Below are positions 45,848 through 58,593 of a DNA stretch of 64,000 nucleotides, piece after piece; position 1 is the first letter of the stretch; each line of letters starts with the position of its first letter. The stretch is taken from positions 33,143-97,142 of the forward strand of contig BLSG01000211.1 of assembly GCA_012862495.1 (NCBI GenBank), in the 5' to 3' direction. The position numbers and the translations under genes are program-made. Source of the stretch: Thraustochytrium aureum (lineage: Eukaryota). Below the pieces are notes generated by a model. That model was given only the letters and a program-made list of their open reading frames with translations, did no database searches and had not been told where the DNA came from.

Positions 45848-47029
45848 NNNNNNNNNNNNNNNNNNNNNNNNNNNNNNNNNNNNNNNNNNNNNNNNNNNNN
45901 NNNNNNNNNNNNNNNNNNNNNNNNNNNNNNNNNNNNNNNNNNNNNNNNNNNNNNNNNNNNNNNNNNNNNNNNNNNNNNNNNNNNNNNNNNNNNNNNNNNN
46001 NNNNNNNNNNNNNNNNNNNNNNNNNNNNNNNNNNNNNNNNNNNNNNNNNNNNNNNNNNNNNNNNNNNNNNNNNNNNNNNNNNNNNNNNNNNNNNNNNNNN
46101 NNNNNNNNNNNNNNNNNNNNNNNNNNNNNNNNNNNNNNNNNNNNNNNNNNNNNNNNNNNNNNNNNNNNNNNNNNNNNNNNNNNNNNNNNNNNNNNNNNNN
46201 NNNNNNNNNNNNNNNNNNNNNNNNNNGCCGCCTGGCCGACTTTCCCCTTGCGTGTCCTGGCCGACCTCCTTCCCCGGCTCCTTCCCCTGCGGCAGGCGGC
46301 CCCAGCCCTCCGTCGCTGCAGCACCAACGGGCGCTTGCGCCCCTGCTGCTTGCTCGTGCCGCTGCTGCTGCTGCTTGCTCGTGCTGCTTGAGCTGCTGGT
46401 GCTGCTGGTGCTGGCGCTGCCGCAGGTGCTGCTGCAGTCAGCTTCTGCGCGGCCTCCTGGTCTGCTTCAGACCTTCCGGCTGTTCCTCTCTCCTGCCGGG
46501 GCTGTGAGGGCACTGCCAGAGCGCGCAGCGCGCCCCAGAAGGCAAAGTTCGCTCTTGTGCGCGTCAAGAGAAAAGAGTTCGCGCTCGCGGCCGCTCTTGA
46601 CAGCCCGCCCTCAGGGTCTAGCTTCCGCCGGCCTGCGACGGGGCAAGAGGCACGCCGGCCGGCAATCTTCGCTCCGCAGAGGGCGGCCGACCGCGCGGGT
46701 CCCTCAATGCTCCAACAGAAACACGCTGCCTCTGCTCGCCGGGGGCAGCGCGCCGCCCTCTATTGTTTTTCCCCTGATCCTCCGCAGCCTTACGAGGCGG
46801 ACACCGCGGGGAGGCGGCCATATTGCGGGCATGCCTGAAAGGCCTCCCACCACCGGCATAGTAACATGAGAACTCCTACCTACCTACCTCCGCTACCCTC
46901 CAGCTCGTATTATCGGTAGTGCATGAGTACTACTCTACTCCTACGGGGAAAAAAAAAGGAAGTCGCTGGAAAAAAAAAAAGAGATGGAAAAGAGAGAGGG
47001 TGGGAGGGAGGGAGTTTGAAAGAGGAGGA

Positions 47030-48535
47030 TCACTGGGCCTCGGACAAATACTCGGCGAGATAGTGCGCAATGCGCGGCAAGAGCGACGGGTCCAGCGCGT
47101 TTTGCTGGATGAAACGCGCAGCCACCATGCTCGGTGCCTCGCCGTCGTTGAAGGAAAGCGTCAAGTTGCGCATCGGCGCGCTCGGGCTCGCGTCCTGCGG
47201 CACCTCCACCGGCAGGTTGTGCGCAAACCCGCTCGGCGGTTGCGGCGCAGCGACGCCGTCGGCTTGCGGCGCACCCGCGCGCTTGCTCTCCTCCTCGTCG
47301 CGGCCGGCCTTCACGGAGCGCTGGAACAAGGCAAAAGCGCAGCGGCGCCAGGTGACTTGCTGTCCAACTCGTACCCGGTCCAGAACGCCTGGGCGGCGTC
47401 CGCGTGCTGCTGCAACGCAGAGAGCGCGAGCCCGAGCCGGTAGTACGCCTTGGGCCACTTGGGCCGCACTCGACGGCCCGCAGCGCGTCGGCGCGAGCCA
47501 GATCAGGCCCATCTCGCTCGTCCGACTTCAGGTAGCAAGCTGCGCGGTTGCAGAGCAAGACGGCCAGAACCTCCTCCTTGGCATACGTCACGCGCGCCGC
47601 GCTCTTCTCGCTGCAGAGGCGGGCGTGGCGCGCCTCGACCGAGGCCAGAAGCGCCTCTGCAAGCTCGACGCCGCGAGCGTAGGCCTCGAGTGCTTCGTCG
47701 AGCTCCCCGCTTTGGAAACGCTCGTTGCCCTCAAGCTTGGCCGCGTTGCACGCTTGCGCCGCGGTGTCCGCCTCAGCGGCTGCGTCGGCCTCCTCGGCAT
47801 CGTGCAGCCCACGCATTCGCTCCAGCAACTCGCGCTGCTCTTCCTCCCCGCCCAAACCAGACACGCCCGCCAAAACGCCCACGCACCTTGGATGCCCACT
47901 GTACGCCGCCAGCTCGACGGCGGTCAGGCCGCCACTTGCCTTTGTCGCAGCTGCTTGCCGCACAGCGTCGGCGTCAGCGGCCGCCACAACGCTTGCGAGG
48001 GCCGAATCAGCTCCGGCGGCGGCCCCGGCGTGGAGCACTGTCGTGTCGCCCTCTTGGTCGGTGCAAACCAATAGCTCGGCTCCCGCGACAACGAGCTCGC
48101 GCGCCACGTCGGCAGCGTTGCGCGTCACCGCTACCATCAGAGGCGAGAGCCCTTCGCTGTCGCGAGCGTTCGGATCCGCGCCTCCTTCTAACAGGACTCT
48201 AGCGATCTCGGCATCGCCGAGAAAGGCAGCCCAAAATATCGGCGTACCGACTTGGGCGCGCACGTTGATGTCCTCTGCGAGGCCAAAGTCGCTCAAAGCA
48301 GCGCGAACCATGTCGACGCTGCCCGAGCTGGCGGCCTCGTGGAGCAGCGAAGGCTTGGCCTTGAGGGCCTCTTTGGTCTCCAACTCTTCGCACGCCTTGT
48401 CGGCATCAGCCCGGCTTCCAATGAGCGTTCCAGCGCGGCGCTCGGCGTCGAGGAGGACCTTGGCCGCCTCCACGCGGCCCAGCCGCACCGCGAGCCTCAG
48501 CGGCGTGTCACCGTTCGCGTCCTGCACTCCAACGG
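47030..48535 (-). CDS. Ankyrin repeat + TPR + PFU-like domain protein, frameshifted, 5' end in gap
   Basis: GDTPLRLAV, TPIFWAA and DPNARDSEGLSPL ankyrins. KLEGNERF..A.EAY and LLCNRAACYL TPRs. C-terminal LTLSFNDGEAPSMVAARFIQQNAL..LLPRIAHYL. Confidence 0.8.
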
Positions 48536-49050
48536 NNNNNNNNNNNNNNNNNNNNNNNNNNNNNNNNNNNNNNNNNNNNNNNNNNNNNNNNNNNNNNNNN
48601 NNNNNNNNNNNNNNNNNNNNNNNNNNNNNNNNNNNNNNNNNNNNNNNNNNNNNNNNNNNNNNNNNNNNNNNNNNNNNNNNNNNNNNNNNNNNNNNNNNNN
48701 NNNNNNNNNNNNNNNNNNNNNNNNNNNNNNNNNNNNNNNNNNNNNNNNNNNNNNNNNNNNNNNNNNNNNNNNNNNNNNNNNNNNNNNNNNNNNNNNNNNN
48801 NNNNNNNNNNNNNNNNNNNNNNNNNNNNNNNNNNNNNNNNNNNNNNNNNNNNNNNNNNNNNNNNNNNNNNNNNNNNNNNNNNNNNNNNNNNNNNNNNNNN
48901 NNNNNNNNNNNNNNNNNNNNNNNNNNNNNNNNNNNNNNNNNNNNNNNNNNNNNNNNNNNNNNNNNNNNNNNNNNNNNNNNNNNNNNNNNNNNNNNNNNNN
49001 NNNNNNNNNNNNNNNNNNNNNNNNNNNNNNNNNNNNNNNNNNNNNNNNNG

Positions 49051-51070
49051 ACTGGGTACTCGTGTCAACGGCGCGCAAGGCCGCGGACGGAGCGGTCGTG
49101 ACAGTTAGGCACAGCAAGTCCGGCGAGCTCGTGCAGGTGGAGGCGGCCAAGGTGCTGCCCGCCAACGATGCCGTCGCCGAAGACATGACCAGCCTGAGAC
49201 ACCTCCACGAAGCCGCCATCCTCCACAATATCGAGCAGCGCAGCCTGGTCAACAAGCCGTACACGTTCCTCGGCACAGTCCTCGTGGCCGTGAACCCTGT
49301 GCTCGACATCGGCGACCCGGCCCACTTGGCCGGAACTCGCCAAGCCGCGGACCAGCCCCACCCTTCGCAATCGCAGAACGCGCCTTTCAGCAAATGCAGC
49401 TCGCGGTGCGACGCAAGGTGGCGCGCTCCCGAGCAAACCTTGGGCGCGAGTTTGACGACCCCCTCGCCCCGTCCGCGCTTCGAACGAACCAGTCCATCGT
49501 CGTGAGCGGCGAAAGCGGGGCAGGCAAAACCGAGGCAGCAAAACGCCTCGTGCGGCACCTCGTGGCCAAATCGGCCCGCGGCGGCGCGCACGGGCTCGAG
49601 CGGGCCCTGCTCGATGCGAACGCCGTGTTTGAATCGTTTGGGAACGCCGCGACGACGCGCAACCCGAACTCGTCACGGTTCGGCAAACTTGCCAAGCTCC
49701 ACTTTGCGGGAGGCAGGCTGGACCGCGCCGCGTTCAGCACGTACTTGCTGGAGCGGTCACGCGTCACCGCCGTCGCGGCGGGCGAACGCAACTTTCACGT
49801 CTTCTACCAGCTGCTCGCCGGCGTGGAAGGCCCCGAGCGCGAGGCCCTGGCACTCTCTGTGGGTGCAGAAGCGCGCAAACATTTTCGCCTGCTCGAAGCG
49901 GGCCTGGACACTGTCAAGGGCGCCCAAGTTGACGCAGATGAACGCGGGTTCGACCGCTTGCGCTCCGGGCTCAGCGCCCTGGGCATGTCGAGCGACACGC
50001 AGCTACGTCTCTTCAGAGTCCTCGCAGCACTCTTGCACTTGGGCAACGTGCAGCTTGGGCCAGCTGTCGCTGGTGCGCAAGATGCGCCCCACTCCAGCAG
50101 AGTAAATGGCCAAGCCGCCCTCGGGCGCCGCCCCAACGGCGGCGACAGCGTGGCTCCACCAGCGCCGTTGGCATGTGCCGCGAGCCTGTTGCACATCCCA
50201 ATGCGCGAACTGAGCGACTTACTCTTGTTTCGCTCCATTCAGGTCAGTGGGGAGACTCTCACGGTGCCCCGCAGCCCGAGCGAGGCCGAGCATGCGCGCG
50301 ACGGTGCGATTAGGGCCATCTATGACGCACTGTTCAGCTGGGTTGTTGCATGCGCCAACCAGCACTTTCGGGGGGCTGCAGTCGCCGCAGAAGCCGACGA
50401 GGGCGGCTCAATCGGCGTCCTGGACATCTTTGGGTTCGAGTGCTTTGATCGAGGCAATGGGCTTGAGCAGCTCTTAATAAACTACGCCAACGAGGCGCTG
50501 CAGTGCACCTTTGCGCAGCAGGTCCTCGTTGCGGAGGCGAATTTGTACCGGTCGGAAGGCCTCATTACTGCGTCCTCCTGCGACGCCTCTATCTCCGAGG
50601 CATCAACAGAGTGCTTATCAATGCTTCAGGGATCGACAGGTCTTTTGCGGGCAGTGGACGACCTCTCAACAACGCCGCAGCCCTCGGACGACAAGCTCTT
50701 GCAGCACTTGCAACGCTCGTTCGCGGCGAACCCAAGCTTCTCCACGCCATCGCTGCGCCAAGCCCACTCGCACTTTGTTGTGGCACACTACGCAGGCCCT
50801 GTTCCGTACGCGGTCTCCGGCTTTGTCAGCAAAAACGTTGACCGCGTCCCCGTGGAGGTCGTCAACCTGCTTGCAAAATCCCAGGATGACCAAGTGGTGG
50901 CCCAGCTGTTTGGGCGGGAGGCGCTGGGGAGCGTTCCTCTGCAGAGCTCTGGTCCCAGCAGCGGCAGCAGAGCTCTGGCCCGGCGGCAGAGCTCAATGGG
51001 GCGCTCCCGCGGACTGTGCTACAAGTTCCAACTTGAAATCCATCGCCTCGTCACGGACCTCGAAGCCACG
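49051..51070 (+). CDS. Myosin motor domain (partial, flanked by gaps; frameshift near 49365)
   Basis: DMTSLRHLHEAAILHN, LVAVNP, QSIVVSGESGAGKT P-loop, ESFGNA.T.RN.NSSRFGK, ERNFHVFYQ, LDIFGFE, INYANE.LQ, HYAG.V.Y. Confidence 0.97.
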
Positions 51071-51903
51071 NNNNNNNNNNNNNNNNNNNNNNNNNNNNNN
51101 NNNNNNNNNNNNNNNNNNNNNNNNNNNNNNNNNNNNNNNNNNNNNNNNNNNNNNNNNNNNNNNNNNNNNNNNNNNNNNNNNNNNNNNNNNNNNNNNNNNN
51201 NNNNNNNNNNNNNNNNNNNNNNNNNNNNNNNNNNNNNNNNNNNNNNNNNNNNNNNNNNNNNNNNNNNNNNNNNNNNNNNNNNNNNNNNNNNNNNNNNNNN
51301 NNNNNNNNNNNNNNNNNNNNNNNNNNNNNNNNNNNNNNNNNNNNNNNNNNNNNNNNNNNNNNNNNNNNNNNNNNNNNNNNNNNNNNNNNNNNNNNNNNNN
51401 NNNNNNNNNNNNNNNNNNNNNNNNNNNNNNNNNNNNNNNNNNNNNNNNNNNNNNNNNNNNNNNNNNNNNNNNNNNNNNNNNNNNNNNNNNNNNNNNNNNN
51501 NNNNNNNNNNNNNNNNNNNNNNNNNNNNNNNNNNNNNNNNNNNNNNNNNNNNNNNNNNNNNNNNNNNNNNNNNNNNNNNNNNNNNNNNNNNNNNNNNNNN
51601 NNNNNNNNNNNNNNNNNNNNNNNNNNNNNNNNNNNNNNNNNNNNNNNNNNNNNNNNNNNNNNNNNNNNNNNNNNNNNNNNNNNNNNNNNNNNNNNNNNNN
51701 NNNNNNNNNNNNNNNNNNNNNNNNNNNNNNNNNNNNNNNNNNNNNNNNNNNNNNNNNNNNNNNNNNNNNNNNNNNNNNNNNNNNNNNNNNNNNNNNNNNN
51801 NNNNNNNNNNNNNNNNNNNNNNNNNNNNNNNNNNNNNNNNNNNNNNNNNNNNNNNNNNNNNNNNNNNNNNNNNNNNNNNNNNNNNNNNNNNNNNNNNNNN
51901 NNN

Positions 51904-52641
51904 ATTCCGCGCTGCGGAGCCAGAGCCGCTTTGCAGCTGGGTCCCGAGGCCGTGCAGAGCTCCCGCGTAGGCCTCTGCCGCGGTAATGACACGCTCTGCG
52001 GCGCCTTCGATCCCGTGAAGCACCTCCTCAAGAACCTGGACGTCTTGCTCAACTCGGGCGATCGCCGACTCCTCGTTGCCAGGGACTCTGTAGGCCTGGA
52101 GAGCCTGGTTCCAGCGGTCGCGACCCTCGTTCTCGCCTACCCGCTCCAGCCGCGTGCCGGGCTTTAGCACAACCAGTGACTTCTTGTACGTCTCCCATTT
52201 GTGCTCGTCGGAGATGGTCAGGAAGGCCAGCACCGTCGCGTCGGTGCGAAAATAGGCGTTCGCGAGCACGTTGTCCATAAACGCGGTCAGAGCGCGCATT
52301 CGCACCTTGAGGAAGGTCTCTGCCGTGTTCCCGACGACCCGCTTTTCGGGCAGCCCCGGGATGATCATGCCCACGTATCGCCGCAGCAGGATGTCGCGCA
52401 GCCACTCAAACTCGGAGAACCGCCTGCGCACGCGCTTGCCCAAGCTGTGCGCGCAGACTGCAAACATCACGGGCGGCTTGGGGTTCATCAGCGTGCGCGC
52501 GCCCTGCACCGGGTCGCCGATGTCGACGGCCATGTCGCTCAGGAGGACGCGCTGCTTCCACAAGTCGTGCTCCTTCCAAAACTCGTTCAGTTCGTTGTCC
52601 GAGCGGTCAAGCACCGTCGTTTGTGTGATTCTCACCTCTTC
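51904..52641 (-). CDS. PX-domain sorting nexin (PX-BAR-like), partial
   Basis: VRRRFSEFEWLRDIL..RYVGMIIPGLPEKR..FLKVRMRAL..F, followed by a helical region. Confidence 0.88.
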
Positions 52642-53422
52642 NNNNNNNNNNNNNNNNNNNNNNNNNNNNNNNNNNNNNNNNNNNNNNNNNNNNNNNNNNN
52701 NNNNNNNNNNNNNNNNNNNNNNNNNNNNNNNNNNNNNNNNNNNNNNNNNNNNNNNNNNNNNNNNNNNNNNNNNNNNNNNNNNNNNNNNNNNNNNNNNNNN
52801 NNNNNNNNNNNNNNNNNNNNNNNNNNNNNNNNNNNNNNNNNNNNNNNNNNNNNNNNNNNNNNNNNNNNNNNNNNNNNNNNNNNNNNNNNNNNNNNNNNNN
52901 NNNNNNNNNNNNNNNNNNNNNNNNNNNNNNNNNNNNNNNNNNNNNNNNNNNNNNNNNNNNNNNNNNNNNNNNNNNNNNNNNNNNNNNNNNNNNNNNNNNN
53001 NNNNNNNNNNNNNNNNNNNNNNNNNNNNNNNNNNNNNNNNNNNNNNNNNNNNNNNNNNNNNNNNNNNNNNNNNNNNNNNNNNNNNNNNNNNNNNNNNNNN
53101 NNNNNNNNNNNNNNNNNNNNNNNNNNNNNNNNNNNNNNNNNNNNNNNNNNNNNNNNNNNNNNNNNNNNNNNNNNNNNNNNNNNNNNNNNNNNNNNNNNNN
53201 NNNNNNNNNNNNNNNNNNNNNNNNNNNNNNNNNNNNNNNNNNNNNNNNNNNNNNNNNNNNNNNNNNNNNNNNNNNNNNNNNNNNNNNNNNNNNNNNNNNN
53301 NNNNNNNNNNNNNNNNNNNNNNNNNNNNNNNNNNNNNNNNNNNNNNNNNNNNNNNNNNNNNNNNNNNNNNNNNNNNNNNNNNNNNNNNNNNNNNNNNNNN
53401 NNNNNNNNNNNNNNNNNNNNNN

Positions 53423-56400
53423 GGCCGTCCCCGCGCCCAAAGCCCATCGTTGTGCCCTTGGTTTCGCCCGCGGCCTCGGTGGCCGCCGGTGGTGCGAGCC
53501 CAACAAGCCCCCAACCAGGGCGAGCCCGCCACGTAGCCCGGCGAGCCCGAAAAGCCCCATGCCCGTCTCTCTTGCGGACGCCAAAGCATACAAGAGCGGG
53601 TCTGGCCGCCGCCTGCTAGCAGTCACCTGCACGCCGCGGAGCGAGATTTCGGAGGAAGAGCCGCGGAGCGGAGCCTTTATGCCAACCTACGACGAGCTTG
53701 GACGCAAAGCCTCTCCTCGGAGCGCGTCAGCGACCCCGCGAGTGCGGTCTGCAAGCCCCAAGAGCGCACCGGCCGAGTCCCGAAAGCAGACCACTCTGCT
53801 TGACGTCCTTGAGTGGTACAGCGACTTTGAGCTGTCGTTCGACGACAGGATTATGCAGGCCTCGGAGCAACGTGCCTGGCGTGAGCTAGAAAAGGAGCGG
53901 CAGGCCGCCGAGCTGCAAGCCTGGCTTGCTCTGCCAGAGTTTATTCCAGAACCTGCCTCTGTTCCCGCTGACTCGCTCAAGGTCGAGCTGCGCGTGGCGA
54001 GCTCGTTTGAGGCAAGTTGGGGTCGCGAGCCCGAGGCACCGCCTTTTGATCCGCCAACCCCAATCGACCCTGCCGTGGCCTGGCCCGTCGGGCTGATGAA
54101 GTGGTGGACCTCTGAAGCCGCGGCGCCGCGGCGCAAACTCTTTCTTGAAGCCGAAGTTCGCATTGCCTGCTCGAACAAGGCAGTGCAAAGCCAGGCAGAG
54201 CAAGCAGGATTCGGGGGCGTTGATGCCGCCGACGCAGAGGCCCAGACGCGGCCCCGCCGGGCGAAGTGGCGAGACTTTCGGGCATGGTACTTTGGCTCAG
54301 ACGGCGCACAAGTCAGGCAAGACCTGCTCACGCGAGAGATGGCTCGCCTTGCGACGGCGTGGAACAGTCAAGTCGCCAAGTGGCAAAGGCATGCTGACCT
54401 GAGCGCCGCGGCACAGAAAAGCATCGGTGGCGACAAAGCAGACCCAGGTCTCGCAAGCCGCGCGTTGCGCTTCGAGCTCGCCCACGCGTTTCGACCCTCG
54501 AATGCTGCTGTGCTGCAAGAGCTCGCTTTTGGCCAGACCTGGGGTGAGTCGTTGACGTGGCAAAAGCTGTCCGAAGAAGAGCGGGATTTGGAGGTTCGCA
54601 CAGCCATGTGCGACCGCGTCGTGCGGTCTTTGGCCCAAGCCGCAGGGGTCTTTCCGATGGACGAAGCGTTTGACGAGGAAGACGTGGAGCACATGCTCGA
54701 CCCCTCCGAAGTAACTGTGCAGGAGAAAGCGCTCGAGGACCCCGCAGTGATGTCTGTTCTCAAGCTGTGGTTTGCAGGGCATCCAGATGTGCGAGCGACC
54801 TTCCTTCGGCGCGAGTTTGAGTGCGCGGCCGGGGACTTTGTACAAGACCAGCCCGAGTTTGAGGCCGCCAAATCAGGATCGCTCGCCCAAGTCAAGAGCC
54901 TGAAAGAGCGGCTCGCGCTCGTTGCTGCAAGACGGTGCGCGGTGCAGTTTGGCGAAATGCAGAGTGCGGTCTTGGCAAGCTGGCTGGAAGGGGGTTTCCG
55001 CGAGGAAGAGGAGGGTGCGGGGGAGGGTAGCTCGCCGGTGCCCGTGCCGCAGAGGGTCTTTTCCGTCGACGACGCATTGTACAGCCGACTCAGCGAAGAG
55101 GAGGACGCGAGGTTCATGCGGGAATTAGCAGAACTCGTCAAAATGAAGAATGCTGCAAAGCGCCTGCTCACCCACGATCAAAGGCTGGCACGACGGCGGC
55201 GCGAGTCCTCCAAGGCCAGCGTCGACTTGCGCAAGGCCCGAATTTTGTTTGAGCGAGTTGTCGAGGTCACGAAAAAGCTGGAGGAGCAGGAGAATGCCCG
55301 GAACGAAGCCATGTTTGAAAACGAGTGCAAGAATGAGCGCAACAAAGCGTCGCGGGCAATCAAAGCAGCGATGCTAGAGCTGGATCATCACGTCAGAGTA
55401 TCGCTCATCGAGGCGGCCGAAGCCTTGTGCGAGAAAAATATCGAGGTGGCCCGCCTGCGGTTGCACACCAAGGAGATCGCCGTGCGCCGCAAGAGCCTCG
55501 AAACCCGTTTGAGCTACCGCTGTCACGTTGAGAGCGTGGAAGTCTCGTGCCGCATCGCGCAACGAAAAGTGCTAGAGTCCCTTCGAGACGCGCTGGATAC
55601 TACGATTCGCGAGCACAACAGACGGCGGAGGAGCAGCGTTGTCAACCCCTGCGAGCAGGCCGTCGACTTGGGGGAGGAGGCGCCTGGCACCCCCGACGAA
55701 GACATTGATGCTTTTGAGGAGGTCAAGCTGAGCTCTGGCAAGGCGTTTAAGATCAGGCTTAGTGAGTGGGACTCTGCCGAAATGCTTCGAAAGCGGGAAC
55801 GAGCGAGGCGAGAAGCGCTCTTGGAGATTTTAAGGTTTCTCGAAAAGGAGCAGGTGGACATGCAAGCGCTGCGCCGTCAGATCCTTGAGGCTGAGAGCGA
55901 CGGCGAGCCTTTGGACGATGGCGAGCCTTTGGACGACGCCGGGGACGACGCTGTGGGCGATCCCGACAACCTCGACTTTGAGCTCGACCGCGAAGAAGAT
56001 AGCGAGGTTGGTACCAGCGAGCAAGCCGACGGTGCTGGCGAAAACGCTTCTGTACGAGACTGGTTTGGCATTGCTCGCATCAAGACCAAGCGGCGTCTCG
56101 GCGAGGCCGGGATGCATATCCTCACAGAGAGCGAGGCGCACGGCAAAATCGAACCTGAGCCACCTTTGACCCACTCCATGTCAGCAGGGATCCGTCGATC
56201 GAGCACGCAAATCATTGAAAAGGTTGCTGCAAAGTCGCGATCATCGCGGGCTCTCCTGGCCTCTGCGGACGGCGAGAGCATGGGCGAATTTCGCGAGTGG
56301 TATGTGAAGGACAAGTCGGTGAGGATTCAGTTTCTGCAGCGGCGCGTCTCCAAGTTTCAGAGCTTTGCAGACGGGATGCGGGAACGCGGAGAGCACCACC

Positions 56401-58324
56401 GAATCTCGCAAGTGGGCGTTTTTGACGGAGAAGCTGCGCTTGAGGTCCCCCCTGTGAGCCGGTCCATCATGCGCCGCATGAAGCTGTTTCGCATCCGCAA
56501 GATGTACAAGCCACAAGAGCTGGAGCGAGACGACGAGGCTATGCGAGAGGCCGAGCTAGCCGGACAGGCTGAACTGCAGGCCCACTCGACATGCTGTATC
56601 GCCAGCAGATGGAGGCGCTTCGGCGCAAGCTTCGGCGCGACTTGGAAGCAGAGTTGAAGAGCCGCGCTTGGCCGGGTTTGAAGGCGACGGCAGCGACACG
56701 GAAAGCCAGGCCGGCGAAGGCGCAGATAGCACGCTAGCAGAAGCGGTCGAGCTGGCAGGCGCAGATCCTCTTGGGCCAAAGCCAAAGCCAAAGCCAATCG
56801 GAGCGGAGGCGATGCCCGCTGAGGCTGCCGTCGCTTCCGCCAACGCCACAGAACTCGCCCAACGTCGCGCCGATGATGAGAGCGACGGCGTTGTACCCGA
56901 CGAGGCTGAGGCTGGTTTTGTTGAAGCCTTTGCGTTCGGGACGGATGTAGAGCGATCCGTGATTGCGGACATTCCCAAAAGCGCGTGGAAGGGAGGATCA
57001 GGGCTGGAGAACGGCGACGAGGAATGGGAGGCGACCGAGGCCGAAAGGGCGGCTGAGGCCCGATTCCTCGCTGAAGAGGAAGAGCGGCGAAAAGCCGAGT
57101 TGGCGAAAATGCGCGCCGAGGAAGCTGCGTTGCGCAAGCATTATGCCAGGGAGCGCCGAAACTTGCTTCTAGCGAAAGAGGAGGCCGAGCTGAACAGGAT
57201 GGTCGAGCTGCAAAGAGAGGAGGACCGACAGCGGCGCGAGCACCCTTCTGGGCTGTGTCTTCGCGAGCTTGTTTTGCTCGAGCGCAAACAGATGGAGGCC
57301 GAAGATGCCGGCTCGCGCGAGCGCTGGGCCGACATCGACGCGGACGAGCTGCAGAGGTTCCAAGTGGAGGTTCTGCGGCAGGCGGGAGCAAGAGGCGGAG
57401 GCCGCAAGGGAGCAAGAGGAGCTGCGCCGCAAACTAGAGGAGCGCAGAGCCCTGCAAGCGCGGGAAGCGATCGTCGCAGAGCGTGAGCAGTTCGAGATGG
57501 AGCTGGAAGACGAGAAAGCTCGCAAGCTTTGCGTGATTTGGGAGGCTGCGCGGCGGCACGGCAAGCGGTTGGCCTGGATGGAGAAGATAGCCTACCTCGA
57601 GTTTGAGCCGTACTTTGAGGCGCCGGAAGAGCCTGCTCTGCTCCCGGAGATGCGGCGAGAGGGCTCCACCAAGTGGCGTGACGGCAAGCAAAAGTCGACG
57701 AGGAGTGACTGGAGAAGACCGCCACCTCGCGCGAAAGCAGAGGTTCGCCCCCCACCTGCTGTGAAGGTGGACGTGTCGCTCCACCGAGCGTTCGAAACGC
57801 CGATTTGCCGCGAGGATAAACGTCTTGGGCCAGTGCGACCAGGCCTGGCGTGGCTTCGCGAGAGAGAGCAAGCGAGCAAGGTCGCAGACGCGCAGGCTCG
57901 AGCCGCTAGACGGGCGCGGAAGGCAGAGCTTCGCAAGCTGGAGGAGAACCTACAACAGCGCGCCGTCCGGGTGCCGTTTGGTGTTCGTGGAAGCCGCGTC
58001 GACAAGCCCCAAGCCGGCGCGGCGGCCAAGGCGCTGCCGCTTGCGCTGAAGCAAGTGGCGTCGGCTCCAGAGCTGGACGCGGACCGTGAGCGCGCAGAAG
58101 GGCGCTTGCCGGCGGCGTCCAGTTGTGAACCCGCAGAAGGGCGCTTTCCGGCGGTGTCCAGTTGCTCGATTGGGCGCCTGGACAGGTCGGAGGACCCGAG
58201 GTCAGAGGGCCGAGCGCCGGCCGATGGGCGAGGAGGCGGTTCTGGCAAGAGCAAAGAGCAGCGAGACTCGGGTCTTGGCGGCTCTGGCGTGATCCGCGTG
58301 CCCCTCGCGCCTCATTTGATGTGA
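53423..58324 (+). CDS. Large uncharacterised coiled-coil/acidic protein, joined across several frameshifts
   Basis: Consecutive long ORFs at 53559-56657, 56668-57486 and 57269-58324 with continuous E/R/A-rich composition. Confidence 0.65.
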
Positions 58325-58593
58325 GCCGCGTGCTGCTCACGTCGGATTCGAGCGCTGGTCTTGCGCAGTGCTGCAGATTGGAAGCGCGTTTAAAACGAAG
58401 TAGAGAAACTAATTGAAGGGTTGCTTGCTCTCGCTAGCTAGAGTGTAGAGAGCTCTGAGAACACATCGACGACGACGGCGATAAACGCACATAGATTCTA
58501 AAGCCTCATCTCAGGCGCCGCCTGGTCTTTATTGCGCACACCCGCAAGAGGCGCCAGATCCGACCAGATCAGGCAACACGGCTGCATGAAAGC

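Noticed and set aside
58093..58165. Short internal duplications (42-bp period here, also 23449-23531 and 28104-28155)
   Set aside because: These are ordinary local tandem duplications within low-complexity coding sequence
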